36,452 bases of DNA from a virus (IMGVR_UViG_3300045988_087108:1-36452); one strand, 5' to 3'; numbered from the stretch's first letter, positions 14,168 to 23,771 are shown. A program made the numbers and translations. Notes: generated by a model from the letters alone, not told the origin.

Positions 14168-16477
14168 ATGGCAAGTAACAACAGCGTTAAAATCATCATC
14201 TCAGCACACGACAGTGCTTCAGAAGTCTTTGCCAAGTTGGCGGCTGCCTCTAAATCAGCTACTAACGAGGTGGAGGCGAGTTTTAAGCGTCAACAAGCCG
14301 CGGCTGGCAATGCTCATAAGTCTTTCCGTGATTTTCTGACAAACACTCAATCGGGACTGTCGAGAATGGCAACAGGACTAGACGGGGCAGCGTCAAAGGT
14401 TGGTTCATTCTTAAAGGGTATAGCAGGTGTGGCGGTTACGGGTTCAGCTGGGTTCTTAGCGATGGGCAAGGCAGCCTTTGAGCAAGTAAGGAATGTGGAG
14501 AACGCCTCATATGCACTGAAAGCCTATGAAAAAGACGGGAACGCCGTCAATAAAGTCTTACAGGATTTGGTGAAATACGCGAAAAGCGACACTGGTGTCT
14601 TGTTCAATCGTTCGGACTTATTCGCGGCTGCTTCTACCTTAAAGATGTACGGTCAGGAAACAAGCACGTTAGTCGATAAGGTGAAAATCCTGTCCAAGGG
14701 CGTATCTTTGGGCAAAACGACGTTTCAGGAATTATCGTCAATTCTTGGGCGCGTTGCTGCGACTGGAAATCTCGACGCGGTTACTTTTGACATGCTTGTC
14801 GAGAGAGGTATCGGTCTTGATAAATCACTTCGTAGCACGAAAATCAGCAGTGAAGAGTTGTTCAAAGCCTTAGACAAAGCCTTGCCAGACAGTCTCTTGG
14901 AGGGACGGGCTAACACCATCGACGGCGCTTTAATCCGTGTGCAGTCTGCTTTTCGTAACCTAGGTATGCAGATTTTGGGCGTGGACGCAAACACAAATAA
15001 GTTTATTGAGGGCGGAGCTGGCGACAGATTGATGAACTTAATCCGCGACTTGACCACAGAGATGAGCAAGCCCGAGATGAAACAGGCGATGAAAGACCTG
15101 GGCGACCAGTTGGCAAAACTAGCAGAGGAAGTCATACCGAAAATACTTGACGCTCTTAAATGGTTAAGCGAGAACTTTGACAAGGTCGTGTTAGCCGCTA
15201 AAATCGCCGCTGGAGCGTTTGTAGCGTTAAAGGCGGCAGCATTGGGTCTCAAGACTATAAACACCGTTACAGGCGTTATAAAGGGCTTACACGGGGCATT
15301 TTTGAGTTGCCAGACCGCGGCTGATGGATTTAAGTTAGGCATGGAGGGTATTACAGGCGCTTCTCAGGGGGTTACTTCGGCGAAAATCGGCACTGCGTTC
15401 GGCGTGATAGCTGGGGCAGTCAAGAAAGCAACAATCCAGGTCGTGAAGTTGGGAATTGCATTCGCGACTAACCCTATAGGTGCGACAATCATCGCCGTTA
15501 CAGCGCTAGTTGCTGGGTTTATTTGGTTGTGGAATAACGTTGAGGGGTTCAGAAACTTCTTCATAGGCGTTTGGGACGGAATTAAAAATGCTGTGGACGG
15601 CTTCGTAGAAGGGTTTAAGAATGTATTCAACGGGGTTGTGAATTGGATTAAAGAATGGGGACTGACAGTGCTAGCCGTGCTGTTCTTCCCGTTCTCTCTC
15701 TTGCTTGGGTTCATCATTTCGAAATGGGACGAGATATCCGCATTCTTCAGTGGTGTAGCAACGTGGTTCGCGGACTTCTTTAGAGGGGTGTGGGACACTA
15801 TTGTTGCTATCTTTACCCCTGTGGTGCAGTTCTTCTCAGACATGTTTAGCCAGGCTTGGACTGCCGTTTGCGATGTTTGGAACGCGGCAGCTGGGTTCTT
15901 TGGGGACGTTTGGAATAAGGTGGTCGGTATATTCCAGGTTGTCGGAACTTGGTTCGGAGACAGGTTCAGAGAAGCTTGGGAGGGCATAAAGCGTATTTTT
16001 GCGCCTGTCGGAGAGTTCTTCGGAAACATGTGGAATACGATTGTCTCTAAGTTCAAAGACATCGGTAAGATGGTGGGAGACGCTATCTCAGGTGCGGTAA
16101 AGGGTGCTATCAACTGGCTGATTGATAAGGCTGAGGGTTCTATCAACGGCTTCATCGGTTTAATCAACGGTGCAGCTGGGATTATCAACCACATTCCAGG
16201 AGTTCATATCCCGAGAGTTCCCGAAGTTCACTTTAAGCGATTGGCAAAAGGTACAGAACACGCTGAGGGCGGTCGATATCTGGTCGGTGAAAACGGACCT
16301 GAGATGGTTACTCTGCCGAGAGGTGCTAAGGTTATGCCAGCCGAGCGCACAGCGCGCCATCTGGAGAATAATCAGAAGAGAGGCGACATCAATATCAACA
16401 TAGACGCAAAGATATATAAAGACACCGACGCATATCAGTTAGCGTCAAGGATTGGATATCTAGTAAGCCAAGCATAG
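14168..16477 (+). CDS. Tape measure protein.
   Basis: 769 aa. Alpha-helical N-terminal half, hydrophobic segments, and periodic W/F repeats (FFRGVWDTIV..FSQAWTAV..FFGDVWNKVV..FREAWEGI..FFGNMWNTIV). Synteny. Confidence 0.85.
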   Translation: MASNNSVKIIISAHDSASEVFAKLAAASKSATNEVEASFKRQQAAAGNAHKSFRDFLTNTQSGLSRMATGLDGAASKVGSFLKGIAGVAVTGSAGFLAMGKAAFEQVRNVENASYALKAYEKDGNAVNKVLQDLVKYAKSDTGVLFNRSDLFAAASTLKMYGQETSTLVDKVKILSKGVSLGKTTFQELSSILGRVAATGNLDAVTFDMLVERGIGLDKSLRSTKISSEELFKALDKALPDSLLEGRANTIDGALIRVQSAFRNLGMQILGVDANTNKFIEGGAGDRLMNLIRDLTTEMSKPEMKQAMKDLGDQLAKLAEEVIPKILDALKWLSENFDKVVLAAKIAAGAFVALKAAALGLKTINTVTGVIKGLHGAFLSCQTAADGFKLGMEGITGASQGVTSAKIGTAFGVIAGAVKKATIQVVKLGIAFATNPIGATIIAVTALVAGFIWLWNNVEGFRNFFIGVWDGIKNAVDGFVEGFKNVFNGVVNWIKEWGLTVLAVLFFPFSLLLGFIISKWDEISAFFSGVATWFADFFRGVWDTIVAIFTPVVQFFSDMFSQAWTAVCDVWNAAAGFFGDVWNKVVGIFQVVGTWFGDRFREAWEGIKRIFAPVGEFFGNMWNTIVSKFKDIGKMVGDAISGAVKGAINWLIDKAEGSINGFIGLINGAAGIINHIPGVHIPRVPEVHFKRLAKGTEHAEGGRYLVGENGPEMVTLPRGAKVMPAERTARHLENNQKRGDININIDAKIYKDTDAYQLASRIGYLVSQA

Positions 16478-16497
16478 AACGGAAAAGGAGGGGGAAT

Positions 16498-17325
16498 ATG
16501 AGAGTATACTTAGATGATTTTGAACTGAACAGTGCAGAGAACCTTATGTACTTAGACGAGCCGATTGAGGGCGTGTCAGGATTGCCAAACATTCGCTCCG
16601 CCACTGGTGTGAACCAGGGTAGAGACGGTTCGTGGGTGTCCCGACAACTGTATGAGGGGCGCTATATCAGCTTTCAGGGTCGTATCTTTGGTGGTGAACC
16701 AATCGACGTGGAAAACAAGCGCAGAGAGCTTGTGAGTGTGCTACAGAGGAAAAGATTAAAGCTTCGTATCATCACTTATGCTGGTATGGAGTTCGCCACT
16801 GAAGTGTTTGTTATGGCTAACCAAATGCCTATTCAACGAGAATTAAACATAGCCAAGTGGAAGATTGATTTATTATCGGAAGACCCTCTATTCTATGACA
16901 ACTCATCTGGAGAATTACTAGCCGTCATCAGCAAGACAATAGACGGAGGCTTCGATATTCCATTTGATATTCCATTCGATATCTCAGCGGGCAGCGAGCC
17001 GTCTGTCGTAACCAACTCGGGAAACGAAATAGTCTACCCTATTATCACTATCACTACCCCAGCGACTAACCCTAAGATAATCAACCGCACCACGAACAAG
17101 TTTATGCAGGTGATGGTTACAGTGCTAGATGGAGACAAGCTGATAATCGACATGCGAAATAAGACTATCACCCACAATGGATTGAACGTCTACGCGTTGC
17201 AGTACGAGGGTTCGACGTTCTTCGGACTTATCCCAGGAATGAACATAATGGAAGTGCAAAGCGACATAGGTTCAGAGAATACAAAAGCTGAGGTTCGATA
17301 CCAGTCAGGGTTCTTAGGTATTTAA
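16498..17325 (+). CDS. Distal tail protein (Dit / siphovirus tail family).
   Basis: Immediately after the tape measure. GLPNIRSATGVNQGRDGSWVS...YEGRYISFQGRIFG is typical of Dit N-termini. Confidence 0.65.
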   Translation: MRVYLDDFELNSAENLMYLDEPIEGVSGLPNIRSATGVNQGRDGSWVSRQLYEGRYISFQGRIFGGEPIDVENKRRELVSVLQRKRLKLRIITYAGMEFATEVFVMANQMPIQRELNIAKWKIDLLSEDPLFYDNSSGELLAVISKTIDGGFDIPFDIPFDISAGSEPSVVTNSGNEIVYPIITITTPATNPKIINRTTNKFMQVMVTVLDGDKLIIDMRNKTITHNGLNVYALQYEGSTFFGLIPGMNIMEVQSDIGSENTKAEVRYQSGFLGI

Positions 17326-17326
17326 G

Positions 17327-18409
17327 ATGAGGAGATACGAAATTGAAGTATGGAGCAAGAACGGTATCTTACTAGGCGATATCCGTCATCTGTGTTCTAA
17401 CGTGAAGTGGGTTATGCAGAGAAACGCCCACGAAGTCTTAGAGTTCGATATAGACTTAGCAGAATACGAGGAATATATAGAGAAGATTGGCGTGATAGAC
17501 AATCCGTTTTCATTTATGGACATTCTGTCCACAGATATTAGAGTAAAGCGAGAGGGCAAGTATTTATTCGGAGCTAATATTATCAAGTTTGGTTATTCAC
17601 CAGATGGGGCTTCCGTAAAATTGACCGTATCTTGCACGGGTTACTTAAACTATCTGAAAGACCAGTATTTAACGATTGACTACGACAATACTTGGCAAGG
17701 TGATATCCTGTGGGGCGTGATTGAGCAAGTGCAAGCTAAGACTGGGAGTAATTTTGGGATTAAAAAAGGAAACGTAGCTCAAGGAATGAAGCGAGACCGA
17801 CATTTCACGAAGAAGAACGTCAAGGACTTTATCCAGCAAATGACCAACGTGATTAAAGGACCTGACATCAAGTTCGACGCGGACAAGACTTTCCACTCAT
17901 ACGAGGCTTTGGGGAATTACCGACCAGATATTCGATTGGTGTACCCAGAAAATGTAGACTCATTTGCCTTTGAGAGGCGCGGAGACACGCTTTTCAACTT
18001 TATTCAAGGTTTCGGTTCAGGGAACGGAGACGACGCCGTACAAGCGTTCTCACGCGATTATCATTCTATGCAAGAGTTCTACCGTCGAGAGAAAGTCGTT
18101 ACGTATAATTCAGTCGAGAGACTGTCCACCTTACAAGAACACGTGAATGGCGTGCTTCAAGCCGTGAAAGACCCGCGAGAGCTTCCGTCGTTCACAGTTC
18201 ATGATGGGATATTAGACCTCAATGACGTAGGAATAGGCGACACGATTTATGCAGAGCTAGGAGGTTTCAAATCTCTATCTCACATTAAGGGTTATTACAG
18301 GATTGAAAAGATTGAGTGTTCGGTCGATGATAACGACGCAGAGACAGTCGATATCACGTTCGACGACATCAACATAGACGACATCATTGCACAGCAAGAG
18401 GAGGGGTAG
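17327..18409 (+). CDS. Tail-associated (Tal-like / gp27-like) baseplate hub protein, short form.
   Basis: Position after Dit. 360 aa. No lytic domain is visible. Confidence 0.5.
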   Translation: MRRYEIEVWSKNGILLGDIRHLCSNVKWVMQRNAHEVLEFDIDLAEYEEYIEKIGVIDNPFSFMDILSTDIRVKREGKYLFGANIIKFGYSPDGASVKLTVSCTGYLNYLKDQYLTIDYDNTWQGDILWGVIEQVQAKTGSNFGIKKGNVAQGMKRDRHFTKKNVKDFIQQMTNVIKGPDIKFDADKTFHSYEALGNYRPDIRLVYPENVDSFAFERRGDTLFNFIQGFGSGNGDDAVQAFSRDYHSMQEFYRREKVVTYNSVERLSTLQEHVNGVLQAVKDPRELPSFTVHDGILDLNDVGIGDTIYAELGGFKSLSHIKGYYRIEKIECSVDDNDAETVDITFDDINIDDIIAQQEEG

Positions 18410-18999
18410 TGAACAGGCTAAACGATATGCAGGAAATGCACTTGCAGAGGCGAATTGCTGCCCTGGAGGCTAAATTGATAGACCTCAAGATAACACCTCA
18501 GCCAACCTCTAACAAATCAGGGGTAAAAACGTATCTAAACCCAAAGGATACAGACTGGCAATTTTTCGAGTACACAGATTTTAACGGAGCGGTAACCACC
18601 ACTGATACTGTCAATCTGCCAGCGACAGCGATTGGCTTTCTAAACAACATAGACGTTACTTGCGAGTTCCGCCCGCTCAACCAAAACAACCCTATAGTAA
18701 TCCCATATCTGGACGCCCTGCTGAACAACTCTGCAAGGCTACAACCAGCTTACAACCCGAGCTTCGGGATTTGTATGATTGCTTCTGCTGGCGAGGCTTC
18801 CCTGCTGGCTAACAGTAAATTGAACTACCAAAACGATTTGACCAACTATTCTTTACAGAAACCAGTGTACAGGTGGAAATCGTCGTTTTACTGGAAGACG
18901 CCTCCAGGACAAGGTATAAGCTTGAAGTTTCGGTTCTTTGTGAGAAGTACGGATAAAGGTTCATTGAGGATGATGGTAAAAAGCTACCGTAATTTTTAG
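18409..18999 (+). CDS. Distal-tail/baseplate structural protein, paralog 1 of 3.
   Basis: GTG start overlaps the upstream TAG. N-terminal coiled coil MNRLNDMQEMHLQRRIAALEAKLIDLK. C-terminal STDKGSLRMMV is shared with 19447-19893. Confidence 0.5.
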   Translation: MNRLNDMQEMHLQRRIAALEAKLIDLKITPQPTSNKSGVKTYLNPKDTDWQFFEYTDFNGAVTTTDTVNLPATAIGFLNNIDVTCEFRPLNQNNPIVIPYLDALLNNSARLQPAYNPSFGICMIASAGEASLLANSKLNYQNDLTNYSLQKPVYRWKSSFYWKTPPGQGISLKFRFFVRSTDKGSLRMMVKSYRNF

Positions 19000-19008
19000 G
19001 AGGGGAAG

Positions 19009-19443
19009 ATGATTTATAGAAACGACAACAGTTTGATAGAACGTCTACGCGTTTTACTAAGAGAAAGGGACGAACTGAAGAACCGACAGTTCATAGGCTC
19101 AAACCAGATTATGACGTACCCTCAGAGGTCGGATAAGCCTTGGGACATCTCTGTTACGTGCGACAAGAACGGACAAATCCCTGGTAGTAAATGGGGAGCT
19201 GCCATATTTTACGTTCAATCAGAGGGGATAGACCTAGTAGCAGACATAGCGATTGAGATTGACCGAGCTACGGAAGTGGATACTTATCCGTTTTCATTCC
19301 CATTAGACCCTACTAGGTACGGCGCGGACTTCATGGCTTGGTTCGTGCCTGTTTTCGGTAATCCAGCCACAGGTTATACGTTTAACATCAGGGCTACGGT
19401 AACGGCTAACGCCCCTGTTACAATTTGGGCAGAGAGGTATTGA
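19009..19443 (+). CDS. Distal-tail/baseplate structural protein, paralog 2 of 3.
   Basis: N-terminus NDNSLIERLRVLLRERDELKNRQFIGSNQIMTY aligns with the neighbouring paralogs. Confidence 0.5.
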   Translation: MIYRNDNSLIERLRVLLRERDELKNRQFIGSNQIMTYPQRSDKPWDISVTCDKNGQIPGSKWGAAIFYVQSEGIDLVADIAIEIDRATEVDTYPFSFPLDPTRYGADFMAWFVPVFGNPATGYTFNIRATVTANAPVTIWAERY

Positions 19444-19446
19444 AAG

Positions 19447-19893
19447 ATGAGCAGATTAAACGAAGATAATGACTTGATATCCATTATCAAAGAGCTTGAG
19501 ATGGATTTTAACGAGCTAAAGGGCAATCAGATTGTAGGCTCAGACGCGGTGCGGACGTTCAAGTCGCAAACCATGAAAGTGTGGGACGTAGAAATCACCT
19601 TGCCAGCTGGTGCGTTTGGACAACAATACAACTACATTGCCAGATTTACCCCAGAGAAGACACGAGACGGAAAGCAGCCAGCCTGTTTCAAAATCGCCGA
19701 AAACCACGAAGTCAAGACCTCATCGCAGTACCCGCCAGTACCAGATATTCTCATACTTAGAAAGCCGTCAACCTCGCAAGACTATCAAGACTTCGCCGTG
19801 AAACTTACACTGTCAGCAGGAGATAAGCAGACGACGCACAGAATAAAGTTTTACGCGTTATCTACTGGAAAGGGCAGCTTGACGCTGATATGA
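19447..19893 (+). CDS. Distal-tail/baseplate structural protein, paralog 3 of 3.
   Basis: MSRLNEDNDLISIIKELEMDFNELKGNQIVGSDAVRTF and a C-terminal STGKGSLTLI. Confidence 0.5.
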   Translation: MSRLNEDNDLISIIKELEMDFNELKGNQIVGSDAVRTFKSQTMKVWDVEITLPAGAFGQQYNYIARFTPEKTRDGKQPACFKIAENHEVKTSSQYPPVPDILILRKPSTSQDYQDFAVKLTLSAGDKQTTHRIKFYALSTGKGSLTLI

Positions 19894-19918
19894 TAGAGAA
19901 AAGAAAAGGAGAACAAAA

Positions 19919-20950
19919 ATGACACGAAAAGTATTCAATATGAACGGGGGTAGGCACTCACAAGCAGCCCTCTCAGCCTTTATAAACGCCATGTACGGCA
20001 CTTCAGTCGCGAATGGGTTAAATGTTACAGTCTCTGGCGGAACGGGACTTAAAGTGGTCGTAAAAGCTGGCACAGGCAATATCGACACTGGGCTGGGCTA
20101 CGGACACATGGTTCAAGCAGACGCAGATGAGACTATAACTCTAGCGGCAGCCTCACCATCTCTACCACGAAACTCACTGATTGTCGGCTATATAGACAAA
20201 TCCGTAACACCGACAACTACAGTTGTGGACAATATCAACGGCATTTTCAAGATTAAAGAGATTGCTGGGACGCCAGCAGCTTCACCGCAAGACCCGCCTG
20301 CTTCAGTCATTCAGTCCGGAGTGGGTGCGACCAACCCTTATATCATTCTTGGTCGAGTTCGTGTTGGTGCTAATGCTACGTCGCTTGCTCAGCCAATGAT
20401 TATAGACATGAGAAAGCTAGTGGGCTTCCCTCTTAATGCGGAATACTTGGCAGATAAGTCTATCCACAGCGATAAATTGGCAGTTGGAGCTGTTACCCCG
20501 TCAGCAATTAACACGACAAAGTTCCCTATGTTCGCAGCTACCACGTCTGCTTGGGATAATCTTCAAGGCGGAGGTGTTTACGTCGTTAACTACAACAAGA
20601 CGGAGTACGACACCGTCGGCATGTTTAATACTTCAAGCCACCAAGCAGTTGTTCCCCAAGACGGTATCTATACTGTCTCTGCCAAAGTGGCAATAACGTC
20701 GGCAGGCTATAATGCTGCTGCTACGGCGACAGCTATGGTGTACAAGAACGGAGCAATGCTAGAGGAAATGAGCCGTTTCGCTGGAAGTGGCAACGCACTT
20801 ACTCTGGTTCGTCTGTCTCACACGTTTGATGTAAAGCTTAAAAAGGGAGACATAATAGACGTGCGCGCGTACTGTTCAGAAAGCCGAAACTATGGAGGAC
20901 TGGCAACACAGAGTAGGTTCTCTATGCGCTTAATCGCGGAGATGGAGTAA
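19919..20950 (+). CDS. Receptor-binding / tail fibre protein with a C1q/TNF-like C-terminal head domain.
   Basis: Last structural gene before the lysis genes. The C-terminal 130 aa follow the C1q jelly-roll pattern (FAATTSA..YDTVGMFN..VVPQDGIYTVSAKV..VYKNGAML..VKLKKGDIIDVRAY..SRFSMRLI). Confidence 0.55.
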   Translation: MTRKVFNMNGGRHSQAALSAFINAMYGTSVANGLNVTVSGGTGLKVVVKAGTGNIDTGLGYGHMVQADADETITLAAASPSLPRNSLIVGYIDKSVTPTTTVVDNINGIFKIKEIAGTPAASPQDPPASVIQSGVGATNPYIILGRVRVGANATSLAQPMIIDMRKLVGFPLNAEYLADKSIHSDKLAVGAVTPSAINTTKFPMFAATTSAWDNLQGGGVYVVNYNKTEYDTVGMFNTSSHQAVVPQDGIYTVSAKVAITSAGYNAAATATAMVYKNGAMLEEMSRFAGSGNALTLVRLSHTFDVKLKKGDIIDVRAYCSESRNYGGLATQSRFSMRLIAEME

Positions 20951-20988
20951 GATAAAAGGAAGAGAAACAAAAAGAAAAAGAGGACAAA

Positions 20989-21327
20989 ATGGCAAAACAG
21001 ACAAATACAGAGCTGCTTCATGAGATTGACAAGAAAGTGGCAGTACTTTCGGAGGGGCTTTTGAGCTTAGCTCAGAGAATGACGAAATTAGAGAAAGCAA
21101 TCGCAGAAATGCAGATGGTAACGCCTCAGTCTTTACAGGCTTATGTGGAACTGCATGCTAAAGAACATGAGTTTCTAAACAGTAAAATCAATGACCACGA
21201 GGACAGGTTAGACACCATCGAGGGGACAGAAAAGCGGATTTACAAAAATGTTACCGCAGTGGTAGTAATCGGCTTAGTCATGATGGTGCTGTCAAGCTAT
21301 GGACTTGATAAGTTTTTTAGACCATAA
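20989..21327 (+). CDS. XhlA-like lysis-associated membrane protein.
   Basis: Coiled-coil N-terminus plus a single C-terminal TM helix (VTAVVVIGLVMMVLSSYGL). Directly upstream of the holin. Confidence 0.5.
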   Translation: MAKQTNTELLHEIDKKVAVLSEGLLSLAQRMTKLEKAIAEMQMVTPQSLQAYVELHAKEHEFLNSKINDHEDRLDTIEGTEKRIYKNVTAVVVIGLVMMVLSSYGLDKFFRP

Positions 21328-21354
21328 TAAAAAGAAAACAAAAGGAGAACAAAA

Positions 21355-21594
21355 ATGGAACTAGAAAAAAAGACAACTCGCAAACTGTCAATCGCAGTAG
21401 GATTATTGGCGTTCGGCGCGTTCATTATCCAGGGTCTTGGTGATATCTGGGGCTTCCAGGCAATCGCGAAACAATTGACGGCGACAGCTTTGTTGGTCGC
21501 TGGTGGTGTGAACGTTTACTTCCTTGGTGTTACTAACCAGAAGAACAACCAAGACAAGAAACAGGCAAAAGAAACTGACAAGACGGAGGCTTAA
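21355..21594 (+). CDS. Holin (two TM helices, charged C-terminus).
   Basis: 79 aa. Helices LSIAVGLLAFGAFIIQGLG and LTATALLVAGGVNVYFLGV, with tail NQKNNQDKKQAKETDKTEA. Adjacent to the endolysin. Confidence 0.65.
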   Translation: MELEKKTTRKLSIAVGLLAFGAFIIQGLGDIWGFQAIAKQLTATALLVAGGVNVYFLGVTNQKNNQDKKQAKETDKTEA

Positions 21595-21596
21595 TC

Positions 21597-23717
21597 ATGA
21601 AGAAATTAGCTTCCAAACTGAAAGAAATCGTTATCAATCGGCTAGATGTATTGATAGTCGCAAGCGTTATCATCATATCATCTGTGTTTTTAATCATAGG
21701 CAAACCCTCAGAGGACGGCAGTATCACACTGGACGGCTCAAAGGCGAAATACTCAAAGTCTACCGAAAAAGCCTTGTGTGAGCTAGCCAAAAAGCGTGAA
21801 ACGGCGATTGCTGGCATGCTTGGTCTAGACGTACCGCAAGATAAAGGCTCAGGTTGCGACCCTGTGGACAAAGAATTAGCGCAGATGGGTTCTGGCGTCT
21901 ACTACAAGACCGACCTATCAAGTCCTGCGGCGTTCGTCAACGCAATGAACGGGCGAGGCTTTAACGAGGGCTACGGTTTCCAGGCTCACTCTAAATATGC
22001 TATAATCAAGATGGCAGACGGTAGCGTTAAACGTGTTACCGACCTAAGAACTGGAGACAAGGTTATGAACTCAAGCAGCATAAAAGTTAATACTGTTAAA
22101 GATTTGTGGACAAGCGATAATAAAATCTATCGCATGCGTACTACAGCTGGCGATTTGATGTTGTCTGGTGAACACCCAGTGCTGGCTGTAAAAATGTCTC
22201 AGCACCAGAGTGACAATCTGCAGAGAGACCTCGCAACAAGCCCAGATAAATACAAAGGTAAATTCGCATGGACTAAAACTGAAGATATCTCAAAGTTTGA
22301 CCGTATAGCTGTTACTATCCCAGCGTCAGGGACACGCTCTAGATTAACCGATTCTGAATTACGCTTGGTGGGTTACTGGTTGGGCGACGGCGATAAAGTC
22401 TACTACCACAAAAACAGCGACGCACATGGCTTTCGTATCACTTCAAATGACGAAAAGAAAGCGTTTATCGACAGTCTTGGTTTAGATGTTACTTGGACGA
22501 GACACTCTAACGGTAAAGCCTGGACTGGTACTATCCGCCCGTCAGATGAGCTACGCAAGGTACTGGATAGTCTTGGCAGGTATTCAAACGATAAGCAATT
22601 CCCATATAACTTCTCGACTGAGCAAAATAAATTAGTACTTGAGGGATATATAAAAGCTGATGGTCATGAAAAGCGAGCCAATAACTATGTAGTCTCATCA
22701 ACTTCTAAAACACTGCTCACGCAAATGCAAGCGATTGCCTGGCAAAACGGCTATAATGCTTCAATTCAGCTTGTGCGGAGAGCTGGTACTGAAACTAACC
22801 TCGGCAAATCAAACTACGATTTATGGCAACTTAATGTGAACACGAAGCCGGTACGTAAGCAGATAACGTTTATATCTGGCGTACCAACAGTATCTGTTGT
22901 TAATAACGATATGCTAGATGAAGAGAAGACGTACTACATTGAAACTGATGGCGACCATACTTACATTGCAGACAATCACCAGGTGCATAACTGTGTGGCG
23001 GGCTTTAAGCAGTTTATGTTCAGCCTCTCAGGACGCGTGGTGGCGACCCGCACTGGTGGAGCGAGTGGATACGCTAACCAGGTCGGCGAAATCCAAGCAC
23101 TCGGCTTTACATGGCACGCTGGGCAGGCTGGTATGAAAGATGGCGACTGGGCAATCTTTGGCGGTGGAACGTACGGACACGTCGCTATGTATTATCAGGG
23201 TAAGTTTTTCGGACAGAACCAGGGCAGTGGCAATATCTATGTTGGTAATGCGTTTAATTTGATGGATTTGGGCGGCTACCGCAACTCGATTATCGGCTAC
23301 TATCGTCCAAATATCTGGAATGGCACTGCTAGCGCGCCAGCCGCTCCAGCAGCCAACTCAAAAACAGTGAACGACCAAGTTGTTGCAGATGTCTTGCGTG
23401 GTGTGTACGGCAGCGGCAATGACCGCGTATCACGGTTGCAAGCCGCTGGCTACAATCCAGCCGAAGTGCAAGCAGCCGTTAATTCACGTGTAGCAAGTAC
23501 TTACCCACGTGTCCAGACACCCGTAGCACCCTCTGTAAGCTCATCAGCGTACGTTGTGAAGCGCGGGGACACTCTTGGCGGTATTGCGCTCAAGAATGGC
23601 TGGTATCGCTCTGTAAACGGCTTATATGGCGACTCAGGCTATGCCCAGGGATTGGCTAATAAAAACGGAATAGCCAACCGCGGACTAATATTTCCTGGAC
23701 AAGTCATACGAAACTAG
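21597..23717 (+). CDS. Endolysin: N-terminal signal-anchor/TM, CHAP amidase/peptidase interrupted by an intein, CW_7 (Cpl-7) repeat, and LysM.
   Basis: After intein removal the sequence reads NEGYGFQ-CVAGFKQFMF (CHAP catalytic Cys motif), then GHVAMYY (His motif). CW_7 is VNDQVVADVLRGVYGSGNDRVSRLQAAGYNPAEVQAAVN. LysM is YVVKRGDTLGGIA...FPGQVI. TM is LDVLIVASVIIISSVFLIIG. Confidence 0.85.
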   Translation: MKKLASKLKEIVINRLDVLIVASVIIISSVFLIIGKPSEDGSITLDGSKAKYSKSTEKALCELAKKRETAIAGMLGLDVPQDKGSGCDPVDKELAQMGSGVYYKTDLSSPAAFVNAMNGRGFNEGYGFQAHSKYAIIKMADGSVKRVTDLRTGDKVMNSSSIKVNTVKDLWTSDNKIYRMRTTAGDLMLSGEHPVLAVKMSQHQSDNLQRDLATSPDKYKGKFAWTKTEDISKFDRIAVTIPASGTRSRLTDSELRLVGYWLGDGDKVYYHKNSDAHGFRITSNDEKKAFIDSLGLDVTWTRHSNGKAWTGTIRPSDELRKVLDSLGRYSNDKQFPYNFSTEQNKLVLEGYIKADGHEKRANNYVVSSTSKTLLTQMQAIAWQNGYNASIQLVRRAGTETNLGKSNYDLWQLNVNTKPVRKQITFISGVPTVSVVNNDMLDEEKTYYIETDGDHTYIADNHQVHNCVAGFKQFMFSLSGRVVATRTGGASGYANQVGEIQALGFTWHAGQAGMKDGDWAIFGGGTYGHVAMYYQGKFFGQNQGSGNIYVGNAFNLMDLGGYRNSIIGYYRPNIWNGTASAPAAPAANSKTVNDQVVADVLRGVYGSGNDRVSRLQAAGYNPAEVQAAVNSRVASTYPRVQTPVAPSVSSSAYVVKRGDTLGGIALKNGWYRSVNGLYGDSGYAQGLANKNGIANRGLIFPGQVIRN
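21984..22991 (+). mobile_element. In-frame 336-aa intein with a LAGLIDADG homing endonuclease. It starts with Ala, and Cys+1 is the CHAP catalytic cysteine.
   Basis: Block A-like AHSKYAIIKMADGSVKRVTDLRTGDKV. Block B LSGEHPVL. LAGLIDADG motifs LVGYWLGDGDK and LVLEGYIKADGHE. Blocks F/G TYYIETDGDHTYIADNHQVHN|C. Confidence 0.8.
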
Positions 23718-23771
23718 CTAAAATAAAGACGGTGGCTACTTTCTAGCGGTAGCTTCCGAAAACTCCGCGAC

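Noticed and set aside
15364-16194. Long minus-strand ORFs inside structural genes. Examples are 15364-16194, 14725-15342, 7125-7736, 6920-7351, 8350-8829, 8830-9162, 35810-36295 and 33170-33526.
   Set aside because: Each lies entirely antisense to a well-supported plus-strand gene and has no RBS. Their S/L/F/P-rich low-complexity translations are typical of the complement of purine-rich coding DNA. No minus-strand promoter or terminator context is visible.
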